NCBI GenBank assembly: GCA_012295275.1
Contig: CM022673.1
Coordinates: 18,662,001-18,726,000 of the forward strand
Direction: 5' to 3'
From: Chrysomallon squamiferum
Taxonomy: Eukaryota > Animalia > Mollusca
DNA length: 64,000 nucleotides
Shown here: piece by piece, positions 15,869 to 29,043 of the stretch
Numbering within the stretch: position 1 is the first letter of the stretch
Layout of the letters: each line of letters begins with the position of its first letter
Made by a program: the position numbers and the translations under genes
Notes under the pieces: model-generated
Seen by the model: only the letters and a program-made list of their open reading frames with translations
What the model was told of the DNA's origin: nothing
The model's database searches: none

Positions 15869-16715
15869 ATGTTTGTGAAAATTTTACTCCTCTTGGTTGT
15901 TCTAGTGAGTGTCAACTCTCTTCCAGTTGCTGAATGGAGTCAGGCAGATCTGGACAAGTACAGTTCACATTAATAAGTGAAATTATAGCAAAATCGAGAA
16001 TAAGCTAAAATAAGTTCATATAATTTGTAAAGATCAGGTGACGGGTACCTGAATGATATTAAAATAAATAAATAACTAAATAAATAAAAAAATAAATAAA
16101 TAAATAATAATAATAATAATAATAATAATAAGATATATAAGATAATAAAACAACAGCCTGTGCTCCGCGGACTCCCGGGGGATCCGTAATGATTGTATTC
16201 GTCCGAGCGCTAAGTTTAAAACTTCAAAACGCTGAAATGTAAAATGTATAGTTATCACGATCAGGCTGATAAAGATAAACTTTTAAAATTTTATATATAT
16301 CTTTAACTGAATAATATATATATATATTTCAAATGAGAGATGGGTCTGAGAAAGAGATTTTATCGTTAATCAGTAAAATCGGCTTATTAATTAGACAGAC
16401 TTTTTAAAAATCTGGGTCAGTTAGCTTTCATACATATATATATATATATATATATTTACTCACACAGAGAAACATGAATCTATACATACATACGTAAATA
16501 CATTTACAATAAACTTATTCAAACAGTGTAAATACATAAATTCAACATAACAGTATCTGCAACACTGTTTGTTTTCAGGACATGGTTTCAGCATAGGCAC
16601 AGGAGGATTGCAGTACAACAATCCATCCGGCAGTTTCACAGCTGGAGTTAAACCACTCTTTAACGGAATTAAACCATCCGGAGCATACGCCGGTTTCACC
16701 TACCACTTCGGTTAA
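15869..16715 (+). pseudogene. Prepro-peptide 2B, probable pseudogene
   Basis: Exon 1 (15869-15953) is intact but its donor is changed from gcaagt to acaagt. The middle exon carrying KR is deleted. Exon 3 (16579-16715) is still open with one visible T->N change. Confidence 0.75.
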
Positions 16716-17941
16716 CTTACTTTAAGTGAATAAAGAATAAAAAATAGTTTTTTTGTGTTTCTAAGAAAATGAATATATTTTTAACAGTATTTTATTTTTG
16801 TATGTGTTTTTCTTTGAAATTTAATTACTAAAGAACTGAGTACAGTTACTTCGTATCGTTTGATTATAATAACAACAATGCTAACAGATGTAAAAATAAT
16901 TATTATAGTTCATGTAATTTCAACAGCAACAGATGCAGTAAAAGCAAAAGTTACAACTGACATAATGAGAAGATGAAAATGCAAAAACTACCATGGAAAA
17001 TCATAAACACCTTTTATTCGGGCATAAATGCATAAATATTATAATTATTGAAAACAGTGTTGGTATTTTAAGTGTACCTGTATGTTTGACACTGGTGTAT
17101 TTGTTTAGGACTTGGTGGAGGAATTAGAACTTTAGCGTGATAATGTTAGAGTTTTAGTTAACTAATTCAGTGAGTCAAACGTTACACGTTACTGTTTACC
17201 AGTGTTTCACAAGCAAATAAAACATGTTAACTTTGTCATTTATTGACGTCATGGTTGGCATACATCAGATACATCATGCTGCAACGTTAGTTCATACCTC
17301 GCAAAACAATTTATGATTCTAATAGTCAGTGATATATTTTGAATGTATATTTTGGATTATTGCAGCATATATGTATGTATATAGGTATGCATACATTATG
17401 TATTTAGGTATGTGTTTTAGTGAATATGCATCAATTTTATTTATGGTAATATTTTTGTTTATTTGTTTCACCTTCTTCTAATGATCATCATATAAATAGA
17501 CGGCATAAATTGAAATTATAAACCTATAATATGTACAAAGAGGGGGAAAATATATCATAGCACAAAATAACGGCAACGACGACAATAACAATAACAAAAC
17601 AACAATAATAGTAATCGTAACAATAATGATGATTTTGATGATAATGAAAGTAATAACGAAGAACAGGAGGAATAAAAAATGATTTGAAGTAATGTACATG
17701 TTCTGTTCATTAGTAAAACGTTCTGATTTGCCTCAGGTTAATAATGAATAAATGTGTGTTTGTGTTGTCCCATCACGTATTAACATGCACATGCTACATA
17801 GCAAAGCAAACGAGTTCTGCACATCGAGTACGTTATTTGTTGACAATTCCGTCAGAGCTGAGTCTGCCAATGAAAGTGACATTATTTATTTTATTTCCTG
17901 TTCCACATCCTGTTAATTTTCCACTTCCCTGTTTTACTGGG

Positions 17942-17947
17942 TATAAA
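17942..17947 (+). promoter_or_regulatory. TATA box of the stanniocalcin-like repeat gene
   Basis: TATAAA about 55 bp upstream of ATG 18000. Confidence 0.5.
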
Positions 17948-17999
17948 GCTGAGGGTTAATGTAAACTGAATTAAATGTGCCAAGGCACGACTCAACAAA

Positions 18000-19323
18000 A
18001 TGTTGGTTTATACCATTCTGGTCATTGGCTTTGCAAATCAGATACTTGCCGGATACGGAAACTTTGGCGGAGGAGGCAGACGTCCTACACCCAACCCGAA
18101 TCCCGTAAGACCCACGGATCCACAGTGGAATCCACAAAGACCTTCCGATCCGCAATGGAATCCGTCTAATCCTAAGCCAGGCAACCCACAGGGACCTATG
18201 TGGAATCCACAGAGACCTACAGATCCACAGTGGAATCCACAAAGACCTACAGATCCACAGTGGAATCCACAAACACCTACAGATCCACAGTGGAATCCAC
18301 AAACACCTACAGATCCACAGTGGAATCCACAAAGACCTAGAGATCCACATAGGAATCCACAAAGACCTACAGATCCACAGTGGAATCCACAAAGACCTTC
18401 CGATCCGCAATGGAATGCGTCTAATCCTAAGCCAGGCAACCCACAGGGACCTATAGACCCACAGTGGAATCCACAGAGACCTACAGATCCACAGTGGAAT
18501 CCACAAAGACCTACAGATCCGCAGTGGAATCGTCAAAGACCTAAGATCCAGGGAACCCACAAAGGGACCTACAGATCCACTGTGGAATCCACAAAGACCT
18601 AGAGATCCACAGAGGAATCCACAAAGACCTACAGATCCACAGTGGAATCCACAAAGACCTACAGATCCACAGTGGAATCCACAAAGACCTATAGATCCAC
18701 AGTGGAATCCACAAAGACCTACAGATCCGCAGTGGAATCCATCTAATCCTAATCCAGGCTATCCGCAAAGGCCTTCAGACCCCCAGTGGAATCCACAAAT
18801 ACCTGCAGATCCACAATGGAATCCACCAAGACCTACAGATCCGCAATGGAATCCACAAAGACCTTCAGACCCACAGTGGAATCCACAAAGACCCATTGAT
18901 CCACAATGGAATCTGTCTAGTCCAAGCAAACCAGGGAAGAATGATCCTCAGTGGACTTTACACAACCAGGGTAAGTCAGTTTGCAATATGTTTCCTTGGA
19001 ATTATTTTGTTTTAGAATTTTACGATTGCTGAAAAAATTGTTAATAATGATTGTATTAGTAAACTACTATAGTCGAACTAATTCGCATTAAAAAGTGTGG
19101 ACGATCTATCTACATTATCCTAAATCATTTTATTATTGTTACTAATGCAAGAATACAAAGTTAAATTGAGCAAGGTTGAATGTTTATACATTGTCATTGT
19201 TGATCTTCGTTCAAGAGATTATACTTTCAAAGACAAAAATTTCAGTTCTTTACATAAATATATAATTTAATACATAACTGTTAATAATTCTTAACGACTG
19301 GCGCTTTCTAGTCGAAATCCATA

Positions 19324-19412
<89 letters not shown>

Positions 19413-20216
19413 GTCTGTCTGTCTGTTTCTCTGTGTATTCTAAAATATTTAAATATTGTTCAAAGATAACGTTCAACAAGATGTTTGTGCCGAATCATTA
19501 GCCAGTGGTAGCTGTGACTTCTACGACTGCTTCAAAAACTGCGACCAGTCATCTGCTCCAGTTCTCTTCGTGGCATCAAGATACTGCACAGCCTTCGACA
19601 ACTGGAAATTTGACCAAGAGGTTAGTTAAAGCTAGAAATCACTGTGATTGTTACGTAGATGTTGATGTTGTGTGTTGTTGTTTGAGTCACTACTTCAGGT
19701 ACCACTATTAGTAGTAGTAGTAGTTGAAGTAGCTAGATGGTAGTAGTAGTTGTTGTTGTCGTCATTTTGTTCCTAAGGTTCCTAGTAAATTTAGTAATGA
19801 TAACTTTATATAATTCTTGCTACAGGGTGAAGCTTACATCACAGAAGTAATCAAATGTCAAGGTCAGAAACTTGGTCCTCTGATTTGGAGTACTGACTGC
19901 AGAGACGTGGACAGTCAAGCCTCCTCCGCTCTGATCGGACAAAGCAAGGAAGACGACTGTTTCTTTCAGAATGGAAAATTCTGTGATGTTATGAGCAAAC
20001 CGCAAAATGCGGAAGCTGCAGCCAAGATTTTTGCTTCAGGCGATCCTCGAATTGGCTTAAAGTAAATATATTTCTTCTTCTTTAAAGAATATGATGTAAC
20101 AAAAAATCACAAAATGTTTTTCTACAGAATACCTATTAAATCTATAATGTAATATTTTTAAAAGTGTAATTAATGCCACAGTCTAGAATGAATTTAAAAA
20201 TATGGAATTATAAACG

Positions 20217-20255
<39 letters not shown>

Positions 20256-20281
20256 TAATACCGAGTATGTGTGTGTTTAAA

Positions 20282-20323
<42 letters not shown>

Positions 20324-22865
20324 TCTGATTAACATAATTTTTTTTTTTTATTTTTATTTTTTTTATTTTATTTTATTTATTTATTTATTTATTTATTTTT
20401 ATTTTTCTTTATTTAATTTAATTTTTAATTTTAATATTTTTTTAATAATTGTTGTTTATTATATTATTAATTCAACTGGTAAAACAAAACTAAAACTAAA
20501 CGAATAGTTGATTTTGTGAAAAAGAATCAAATATTTAAGATTTCGATGTTGAGGTCTATTACATTATTTATTTATTTATTTATTTATTAGGATGATGCGA
20601 TTTTTCAAGCACCTGTACGAGTCGGATTGTATGAGGACTGATGATGTTTACAGAGAAAACTTCAGCAAGCCGTTCATGAGTTACATGCGTAACGTTATGA
20701 GTAATATGATGCACAGTCGAATGCGCATGCCCACGAACATAGGCAGAGGTGGAGACAAGTAGGAAGTCTCGATATTTTCATATTGTTTCTGGAGTAAAAT
20801 AATTAAATAATAATATCACAAATACATGTAGATGATAGAAAAGTTTAGGTCATTTTCAGTTTGTTTTCTTTTTGAATTCAATAAATAGATTAATTAATGG
20901 ATTTGTTATTCTGTTGTAATAAGTTTTACTTACATGTCAGTTTCGTTTGACTGATTATAGATCAACATCAAATTCGTCGTCATCATCGTCACCATCTGTA
21001 GTAGTTGTAGTAGCAGCAGTAGTAATAGTATTAGTAGTATCAGAACTAAATAACATAAAATAAGTGGGAAATGGTAGAAAAATAAAACACATAAAAACAA
21101 ACTCCCACAAACAACATTTCTCCACAGTCACAACAACCTCCTGGCTTAAAAGCAATGAATTTTCACTTATATCGATTTTTGTTTTGTCTTATTATGTCTT
21201 TAAACAGAAATTTTACAAAGTTTTAAGTATTGATTATGGGTAAAACATATTTAGTTCAGGATTCCTAATCCGCCCAATTTAAACAGTTTTAATTAAAATT
21301 TAATTTCTCATCGACATACCAATAATTAATGATTTGGTGTTTTTCTTTCTTTTAAAAATGTCCATCCTGCTTAACTGTGGGTTATTATTTTATCATATTA
21401 CGTATTTTATGTTTATATTTATTTCTATCAGTTTTGAACGCACTTGACTTAAGCTTCAACGTCTGTTGTTCTCGATATTAAAAATAAAAATACTAAAAGA
21501 GAAAGCAATGGCAAGTTGTTTTTTTTTTTTCTTCTTTTTTTTTTCAATTAAACGAAATATTTCATATTTATAAAAGTGTGATTAAAATCTATTCAGTGTT
21601 TGAAATAATAAACGATTGAAACAAATGTAGGAAAAGCACGATGTTATATCGTGAATGGAAATGTTAGGTTTACACTTACTTGCTACTCACAAACGTAGCG
21701 AGCCTACGTAACAAGTAGTCAGTAAAACGGTAGTTTTAAATCGCCTTTTATACGATTGCCAGTGTTTATTAAAACTAAAACAGTCTTTGCAGTCTTTGCA
21801 GTCTTTGCTTCTATAAAGGTTATTTTTTATATACATATTACATACGGACTTTAGCTAAACCTAACAACAGATAGAAACCACTTTCAATAACAAAAACAAC
21901 ATTGAACATATTACTACTGCTACTATGCTTCTTTTTCTTCTACTAATACTAAAAATAATGATGATAATAATAATAATAGTGATGATGATGATAATAATAA
22001 TAATAATAATACCAAAAGCAATAGGAACATAACACATATTTATGATTATTTCTATAGTTCTGCGAATCAGCAATGGGATACCAATTTAAGGCCTGCTCAG
22101 AATCTGGGAAAATCTAACAAAGTGAGAGAAGAAAGCACACGCAGACAACACAGTCTGTACAAAAGAACACCAGTTAACAAATCGTGGTCCAGCAGCCCAC
22201 AAGAGTATTCCGTTTTATCAGGTCAGCAGAAACTATAAAAAAATTTAAAAAAAAAATTTACAAATAAAACTGAAATTTTATAATAAGAATTACAAATAAC
22301 AATCCAATTTATGAAAAAGTGATAAAAATAAAAATCCACAGAGGCTATACATAAAGTTTAGATATGTTTCTATTTTCAAAAGAAATGTATTTAAAATATC
22401 TAACAGCAATTAACTTTAACTAAATTAACTGTCTGAAGAATATGATTTCTTTTGCTGTCGTTTCCAGACAATGTACAACGTGGTGGCTGCAGCGGTTTCT
22501 CAGACACCGGTTCCTGTGATTTCTACGACTGTTTCAGCAGTTGTGATACGTCTTCCATCCCGGTTTTGTTTGCGGCGTCTTATTACTGCACAGCTTTGGA
22601 GAACTGGGATTTTGATGACGAGGTTTCTTCTTTTAGTAATAATAATTTAAATTTCCAAATTTACTGATATTTGTTATTATACGTTCGTGTGTTTATTAAT
22701 TCTTAAAAATGTTAAACTTTAAAATTCGATATTACTTTTGATCGAATAATAACACAAATTTATTATCATCACCATGATCATTATCATTAATAGTATACTT
22801 ATTATATTATTATTATTTATTATTGTTGCTGTTATTGTTGTTGCTGGTTTCGTTCTTCTCAAATC

Positions 22866-22921
<56 letters not shown>

Positions 22922-22953
22922 GACGACAGATCATCAACATCATCACAACTATC

Positions 22954-22989
<36 letters not shown>

Positions 22990-23040
22990 TTGCTATTATT
23001 CTTATTACTACTATTATTATTATTATTATTATTATCATCA

Positions 23041-23113
<73 letters not shown>

Positions 23114-24791
23114 TATTGTTATTATTATTATTATCACTGTTGTTGTTGTATCACAGGGCAAATCTTATATCAAAGATGTTATCAAATGTCAAAGTGAAAA
23201 ACTTGGTCCATGGATCACAAACACGAACTGTCGAGATATAAATAATCAAGCATACTCTACTCTGATTGGTCAGACAAAGGAATCAGACTGTTTCTATCAA
23301 AATGGAAAATTCTGTGACATCATGGGCAAACCTGAAAATGCTGAAGCAGTTGCTAAAATATTTGCTTCTGGTGATCCCAAAGTTGGAGAGAAGTAAGACA
23401 ATTTATTTTTTATCTATTTTTAATTTTAAATTTTTCCTTTATTCTTTTAATTTTTCTTTTTTAGTTATTATTTTTTTTTAATCATTTCAATTTTTTTATT
23501 ATTATAATTATGTTTTTTAATTTAAACACTTAGGTTTCATGACTGGAAAACATCTGGCACAAATATTGATATAAAAACAGTTACTTTTTCTCACTAGAGC
23601 CTGATTAATTCTGTTATGATAATACATCAATAATTACTTTATTTAGATACGTTATTTCATTAACTATGAAGATACACCAGTTAATTAAATTTGTAACTAG
23701 CTAACTAAGTAAAGATTGTGAAAAATGAGCTCTTAAACAATTTTTGTTTATCACTGGCAGAATGTTCGAATTTTTCAAACATATTTTTGAATCTGACTGC
23801 CCAGGAACGGAGGATGTGTTTCAAAACAACTTCAAAAAGTCCTACATAGCCAACAGGTATTCTATTTCAATTTATAACAATAATAACTCAATGAATCGAC
23901 CTTCAAATTATTATTGTCATCATCTATCATCATCATTATCAATATAATTTTATCATGACCAACATCATAAAGTTTATTGTTGTTCTTCTTGTTGCTGACT
24001 GAATTATCTAAATGTAGTAACTGTAGACACATTTTGTTTTATTCATGCATCAAAGTTCACCAACTAATCTCTGGAAGCCAACTACTCAATCCAAAACGAA
24101 ACCATCAATACCAACAAACATACCTCCAGCCAATCCATCTAATCCAACAAAACCAAATAACTGGAATCCATCAAGACCAGCCAACAGTAATCCAAAGAGT
24201 CCATCTAACCCTTCAAGACCAAGTAACTGGAATCCATCAACACCAAAGAACAAACATCCAACTATTCCATCTAATCCTTCAAGACCAAGTAACTGGAATC
24301 CATCAACACCAAAGAACAATAATCCAAGACACCCATCTAACCCCTCAAAAGCAAATAACTGGAATCCATCAAAACCAGAGAACAATAATCCAACGAATCT
24401 ACCAGGACCATCTAATCCAGGTAAGAAAGCAATGTCAGCTATATTTGTGATTATTGTGATAATTTCTTAACCAAAAATAAATAAATAAATGAAATAAAAT
24501 AAAACAAAATAAATAAATAAGTAAATAAATAAATTATAAAGTTACTTTAATCTTCATTACACTCTACAGTCTGTATATCCATGTATCTATCGCTGTGTGT
24601 GTGTGTTTGTGTGTGTGTTGTGTCTGTGTGTATGTGTCTGGGTGTGTGTACAGTGTGTGTGTCTGTGTGTTTGTCTGCGTGTCTGTGTGTGTGTCTGTGT
24701 GTATATGTTTTTTTGTGTGTGTGTCTGTGTCTGTGTCTGGGTGTTTCTGTGTGTGTGTGTGTCTGTGTGTCTGTGTGTCTCTGTGTGTGTA

Positions 24792-24888
<97 letters not shown>

Positions 24889-26648
24889 TGTGTGTGTCTG
24901 TGTGTCTGTGTGTGTGTCTGAAGCTGAATTATTTACATTTTTCTTAAAGACAAAACGGTACGTGGTACATGCGATCGTTCCTTCGACAGTGGAAATTGCG
25001 GCTTCTACGACTGCTTCAACAGCTGCGACGTTTCGACTGCTCCAGCTCTGTTTGCTGCATCGGCTTACTGTACAGCTCTCTACGAATGGAATTTCGATTC
25101 TGAGGTGAGTGCTGTGTATTTACTACAATGTAGTATATACAACAACAAAAAATTATTAGATCGATTAAATTAACGAAGAATTCTAGAATTACTATTATCA
25201 TCAAAGCATCATCATCATCATCATCATCATCATCATTATTATTATTATTATCACTGTTTTTGTTGTATCACAGGGCAAATCTTATATCAAAGATGTTATC
25301 AAATGTCAAGGTGAAAAACTTGGTCCATGGATCACAAACACGAACTGTCGAGATATATAAATAATCAAGCATACTCTACTCTGATTGGTCAGACAAAGGA
25401 ATCAGACTGTTTCTATCAAAATGGAAAATTCTGTGACATCATGGGCAAACCTGAAAATGCTGAAGCAGTTGCTAAAATATTTGCTTCTGGTGATCCCAAA
25501 GTTGGAGAGAAGTAAGACAATTTATTTTTTATCTATTTTAATTTTAAATTTTTCCTTTATTCTTTTAATTTTTCTTTTTAGTTATTTTTTTTTTTTAATC
25601 ATTTCAATTTTTTTTATTATTATAATTATGTTTTTAATTTAAACACTTAGGTTTCATGACTGGAAAACATCTGGCACAAATATTGATATATAAAAAACAG
25701 TTACTTTTTTCTCACTAGAGCCTGATTAATTCTGTTATGATAATACATCAATAATTACTTTATTTAGATACGTTATTTCATTAACTATGAAGATACACCA
25801 GTTAATTAAATTTGTAACTAGCTAACTAAGTAAAGATTGTGAAAAATGAGCTCTTAAACAATTTTTGTTTATCACTGGCAGAATGTTCGAATTTTTCAAA
25901 CATATTTTTGAATCTGACTGCCCAGGAACGGAGGATGTGTTTCAAAACAACTTCAAAAAGTCCTACATAGCCAACAGGTATTCTATTTCAATTTATAACA
26001 ATAATAACTCAATGAATCGACCTTCAAATTATTATTGTCATCATCTATCATCATCATTATCAATATAATTTTATCATGACCAACATCATAAAGTTTATTG
26101 TTGTTCTTCTTGTTGCTGACTGAATTATCTAAATGTAGTAACTGTAGACACATTTTGTTTTATTCATGCATCAAAGTTCACCAACTAATCTCTGGAAGCC
26201 AACTACTCAATCCAAAACGAAACCATCAATACCAACAAACATACCTCCAGCCAATCCATCTAATCCAACAAAACCAAATAACTGGAATCCATCAAGACCA
26301 GCCAACAGTAATCCAAAGAGTCCATCTAACCCTTCAAGACCAAGTAACTGGAATCCATCAACACCAAAGAACAATAATCCAAGACACCCATCTAACCCTT
26401 CAAAAGCAAATAACTGGAATCCATCAAAACCAGAGAACAATAATCCAACGAATCTACCAGGACCATCTAATCCAGGTAAGAAAGCAATGTCAGCTATATT
26501 TGTGATTATTGTGATAATTTCTTAACCAAAAATAAATAAATAAATGAAATAAAATAAAACAAAATAAATAAATAAGTAAATAAATAAATTATAAAGTTAC
26601 TTTAATCTTCATTACACTCTATAGTCTGTATATCCATGTATCTATCGC

Positions 26649-26698
<50 letters not shown>

Positions 26699-26837
26699 TG
26701 TGTGTGTGTGTGTCTGTGTGTGTGTCTGTGTGTCTGTGTGTTTGTGTGTTTTTGTGTGTGTGTGTCTGTGTCTGTGTCTGTGTGTGTGTGTCTGTGTGTG
26801 TGTGTCGGTTTGTGTGTGTCTCTGTGTGTGTGTGTGT

Positions 26838-26871
<34 letters not shown>

Positions 26872-26888
26872 CTGTGTGTGTGTGTGTC

Positions 26889-26920
<32 letters not shown>

Positions 26921-27238
26921 TGTGTGTGTCTGTGTGTCTGTGTGTGTGTGTGAAGCTGAATTATTTACATTTTTCTTAAAGACAAAACGGTACGTGGTAC
27001 ATGCGATCGTTCCTTCGACAGTGGAAATTGCGGCTTCTACGACTGCTTCAACAGATGCGACGTTTCGACTGCTCCAGCTCTGTTTGCTGCATCGGCTTAC
27101 TGTACAGCTCTCTACGAATGGAATTTCGATTCTGAGGTGAGTGCTGTGTATTTACTACAATGTAGTATATACAACAACAAAAAATTATTAGATCAATTAA
27201 ATTAACGAAGAATTCTAGAATTACTATTATCATCAAAG

Positions 27239-27271
<33 letters not shown>

Positions 27272-28809
27272 TATTATTATTATCACTGTTGTTGTTGTAT
27301 CACAGGGCAAATCTTATATCAAAGATGTTATCAAATGTCAAAGTGAAAAACTTGGTCCATGGATCACAAACACGAACTGTCGAGATATAAATAATCAAGC
27401 ATACTCTACTCTGATTGGTCAGACAAAGGAATCAGACTGTTTCTATCAAAATGGAAAATTCTGTGACATCATGGGCAAACCTGAAAATGCTGAAGCAGTT
27501 GCTAAAATATTTGCTTCTGGTGATCCCAAAGTTGGAGAGAAGTAAGACAATTTATTTTTTATCTATTTTTAATTTTAAATTTTTCCTTTATTCTTTTAAT
27601 TTTTCTTTTTTAGTTATTATTTTTTTTTAATCATTTCAATTTTTTTATTATTATAATTATGTTTTTTAATTTAAACACTTAGGTTTCATGACTGGAAAAC
27701 ATCTGGCACAAATATTGATATAAAAACAGTTACTTTTTCTCACTAGAGCCTGATTAATTCTGTTATGATAATACATCAATAATTACTTTATTTAGATACG
27801 TTATTTCATTAACTATGAAGATACACCAGTTAATTAAATTTGTAACTAGTTAACTAAGTAAAGATTGTGAAAAATGAGCTCTTAAACAATTTTTGTTTAT
27901 CACTGGCAGAATGTTCGAATTTTTCAAACATATTTTTTGAATCTGACTGCCCAGGAACGGAGGATGTGTTTCAAAACAACTTCAAAAAGTCCTACATAGC
28001 CAACAGGTATTCTATTTCAATTTATAACAATAATAACTCAATGAATCGACCTTCAAATTATTATTGTCATCATCTATCATCATCATTATCAATATAATTT
28101 TATCATGACCAACATCATAAAGTTTATTGTTGTTCTTCTTGTTGCTGACTGAATTATCTAAATGTAGTAACTGTAGACACATTTTGTTTTATTCATGCAT
28201 CAAAGTTCACCAACTAATCTCTGGAAGCCAACTACTCAATCCAAAACGAAACCATCAATACCAACAAACATACCTCCAGCCAATCCATCTAATCCAACAA
28301 AACCAAATAACTGGAATCCATCAAGACCAGCCAACAGTAATCCAAAGAGTCCATCTAACCCTTCAAGACCAAGTAACTGGAATCCATCAACACCAAAGAA
28401 CAAACATCCAACTATTCCATCTAATCCTTCAAGACCAAGTAACTGGAATCCATCAACACCAAAGAACAAACATCCAACTATTCCATCTAATCCTTCAAGA
28501 CCAAGTAACTGGAATCCATCAACACCAAAGAACAATAATCCAAGACACCCATCTAACCCCTCAAAAGCAAATAACTGGAATCCATCAAAACCAGAGAACA
28601 ATAATCCAACGAATCTACCAGGACCATCTAATCCAGGTAAGAAAGCAATGTCAGCTATATTTGTGATTATTGTGATAATTTCTTAACCAAAAATAAATAA
28701 ATAAATGAAATAAAATAAAACAAAATAAATAAATAAGTAAATAAATAAATTATAAAGTTACTTTAATCTTCATTACACTCTACAGTCTGTATATCCATGT
28801 ATCTATCGC

Positions 28810-28840
<31 letters not shown>

Positions 28841-28881
28841 CTGTGTGTATGTGTCTGGGTGTGTGTACAGTGTGTGTGTCT

Positions 28882-28923
<42 letters not shown>

Positions 28924-29009
28924 TTTTGTGTGTGTGTGTCTGTGTCTGGGTGTTTGTGTGTGTGTGTGTGTGTGTCTGTGTGTCTCTGTGTGTGTATTTT
29001 TGTGTGTGT

Positions 29010-29043
<34 letters not shown>

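Noticed and set aside
17934-18768. Minus-strand ORFs ([20 protein letters not shown] repeats)
   Set aside because: Antisense shadows of the coding 30-bp repeat; the plus strand has the signal peptide, TATA box and splice donor.
21750-21820. Hydrophobic stretch ([10 protein letters not shown]) as a possible signal exon for D2-D6
   Set aside because: It derives from a 9-bp triplication, has no in-frame ATG, and its donor phase does not fit the 22058 acceptor.
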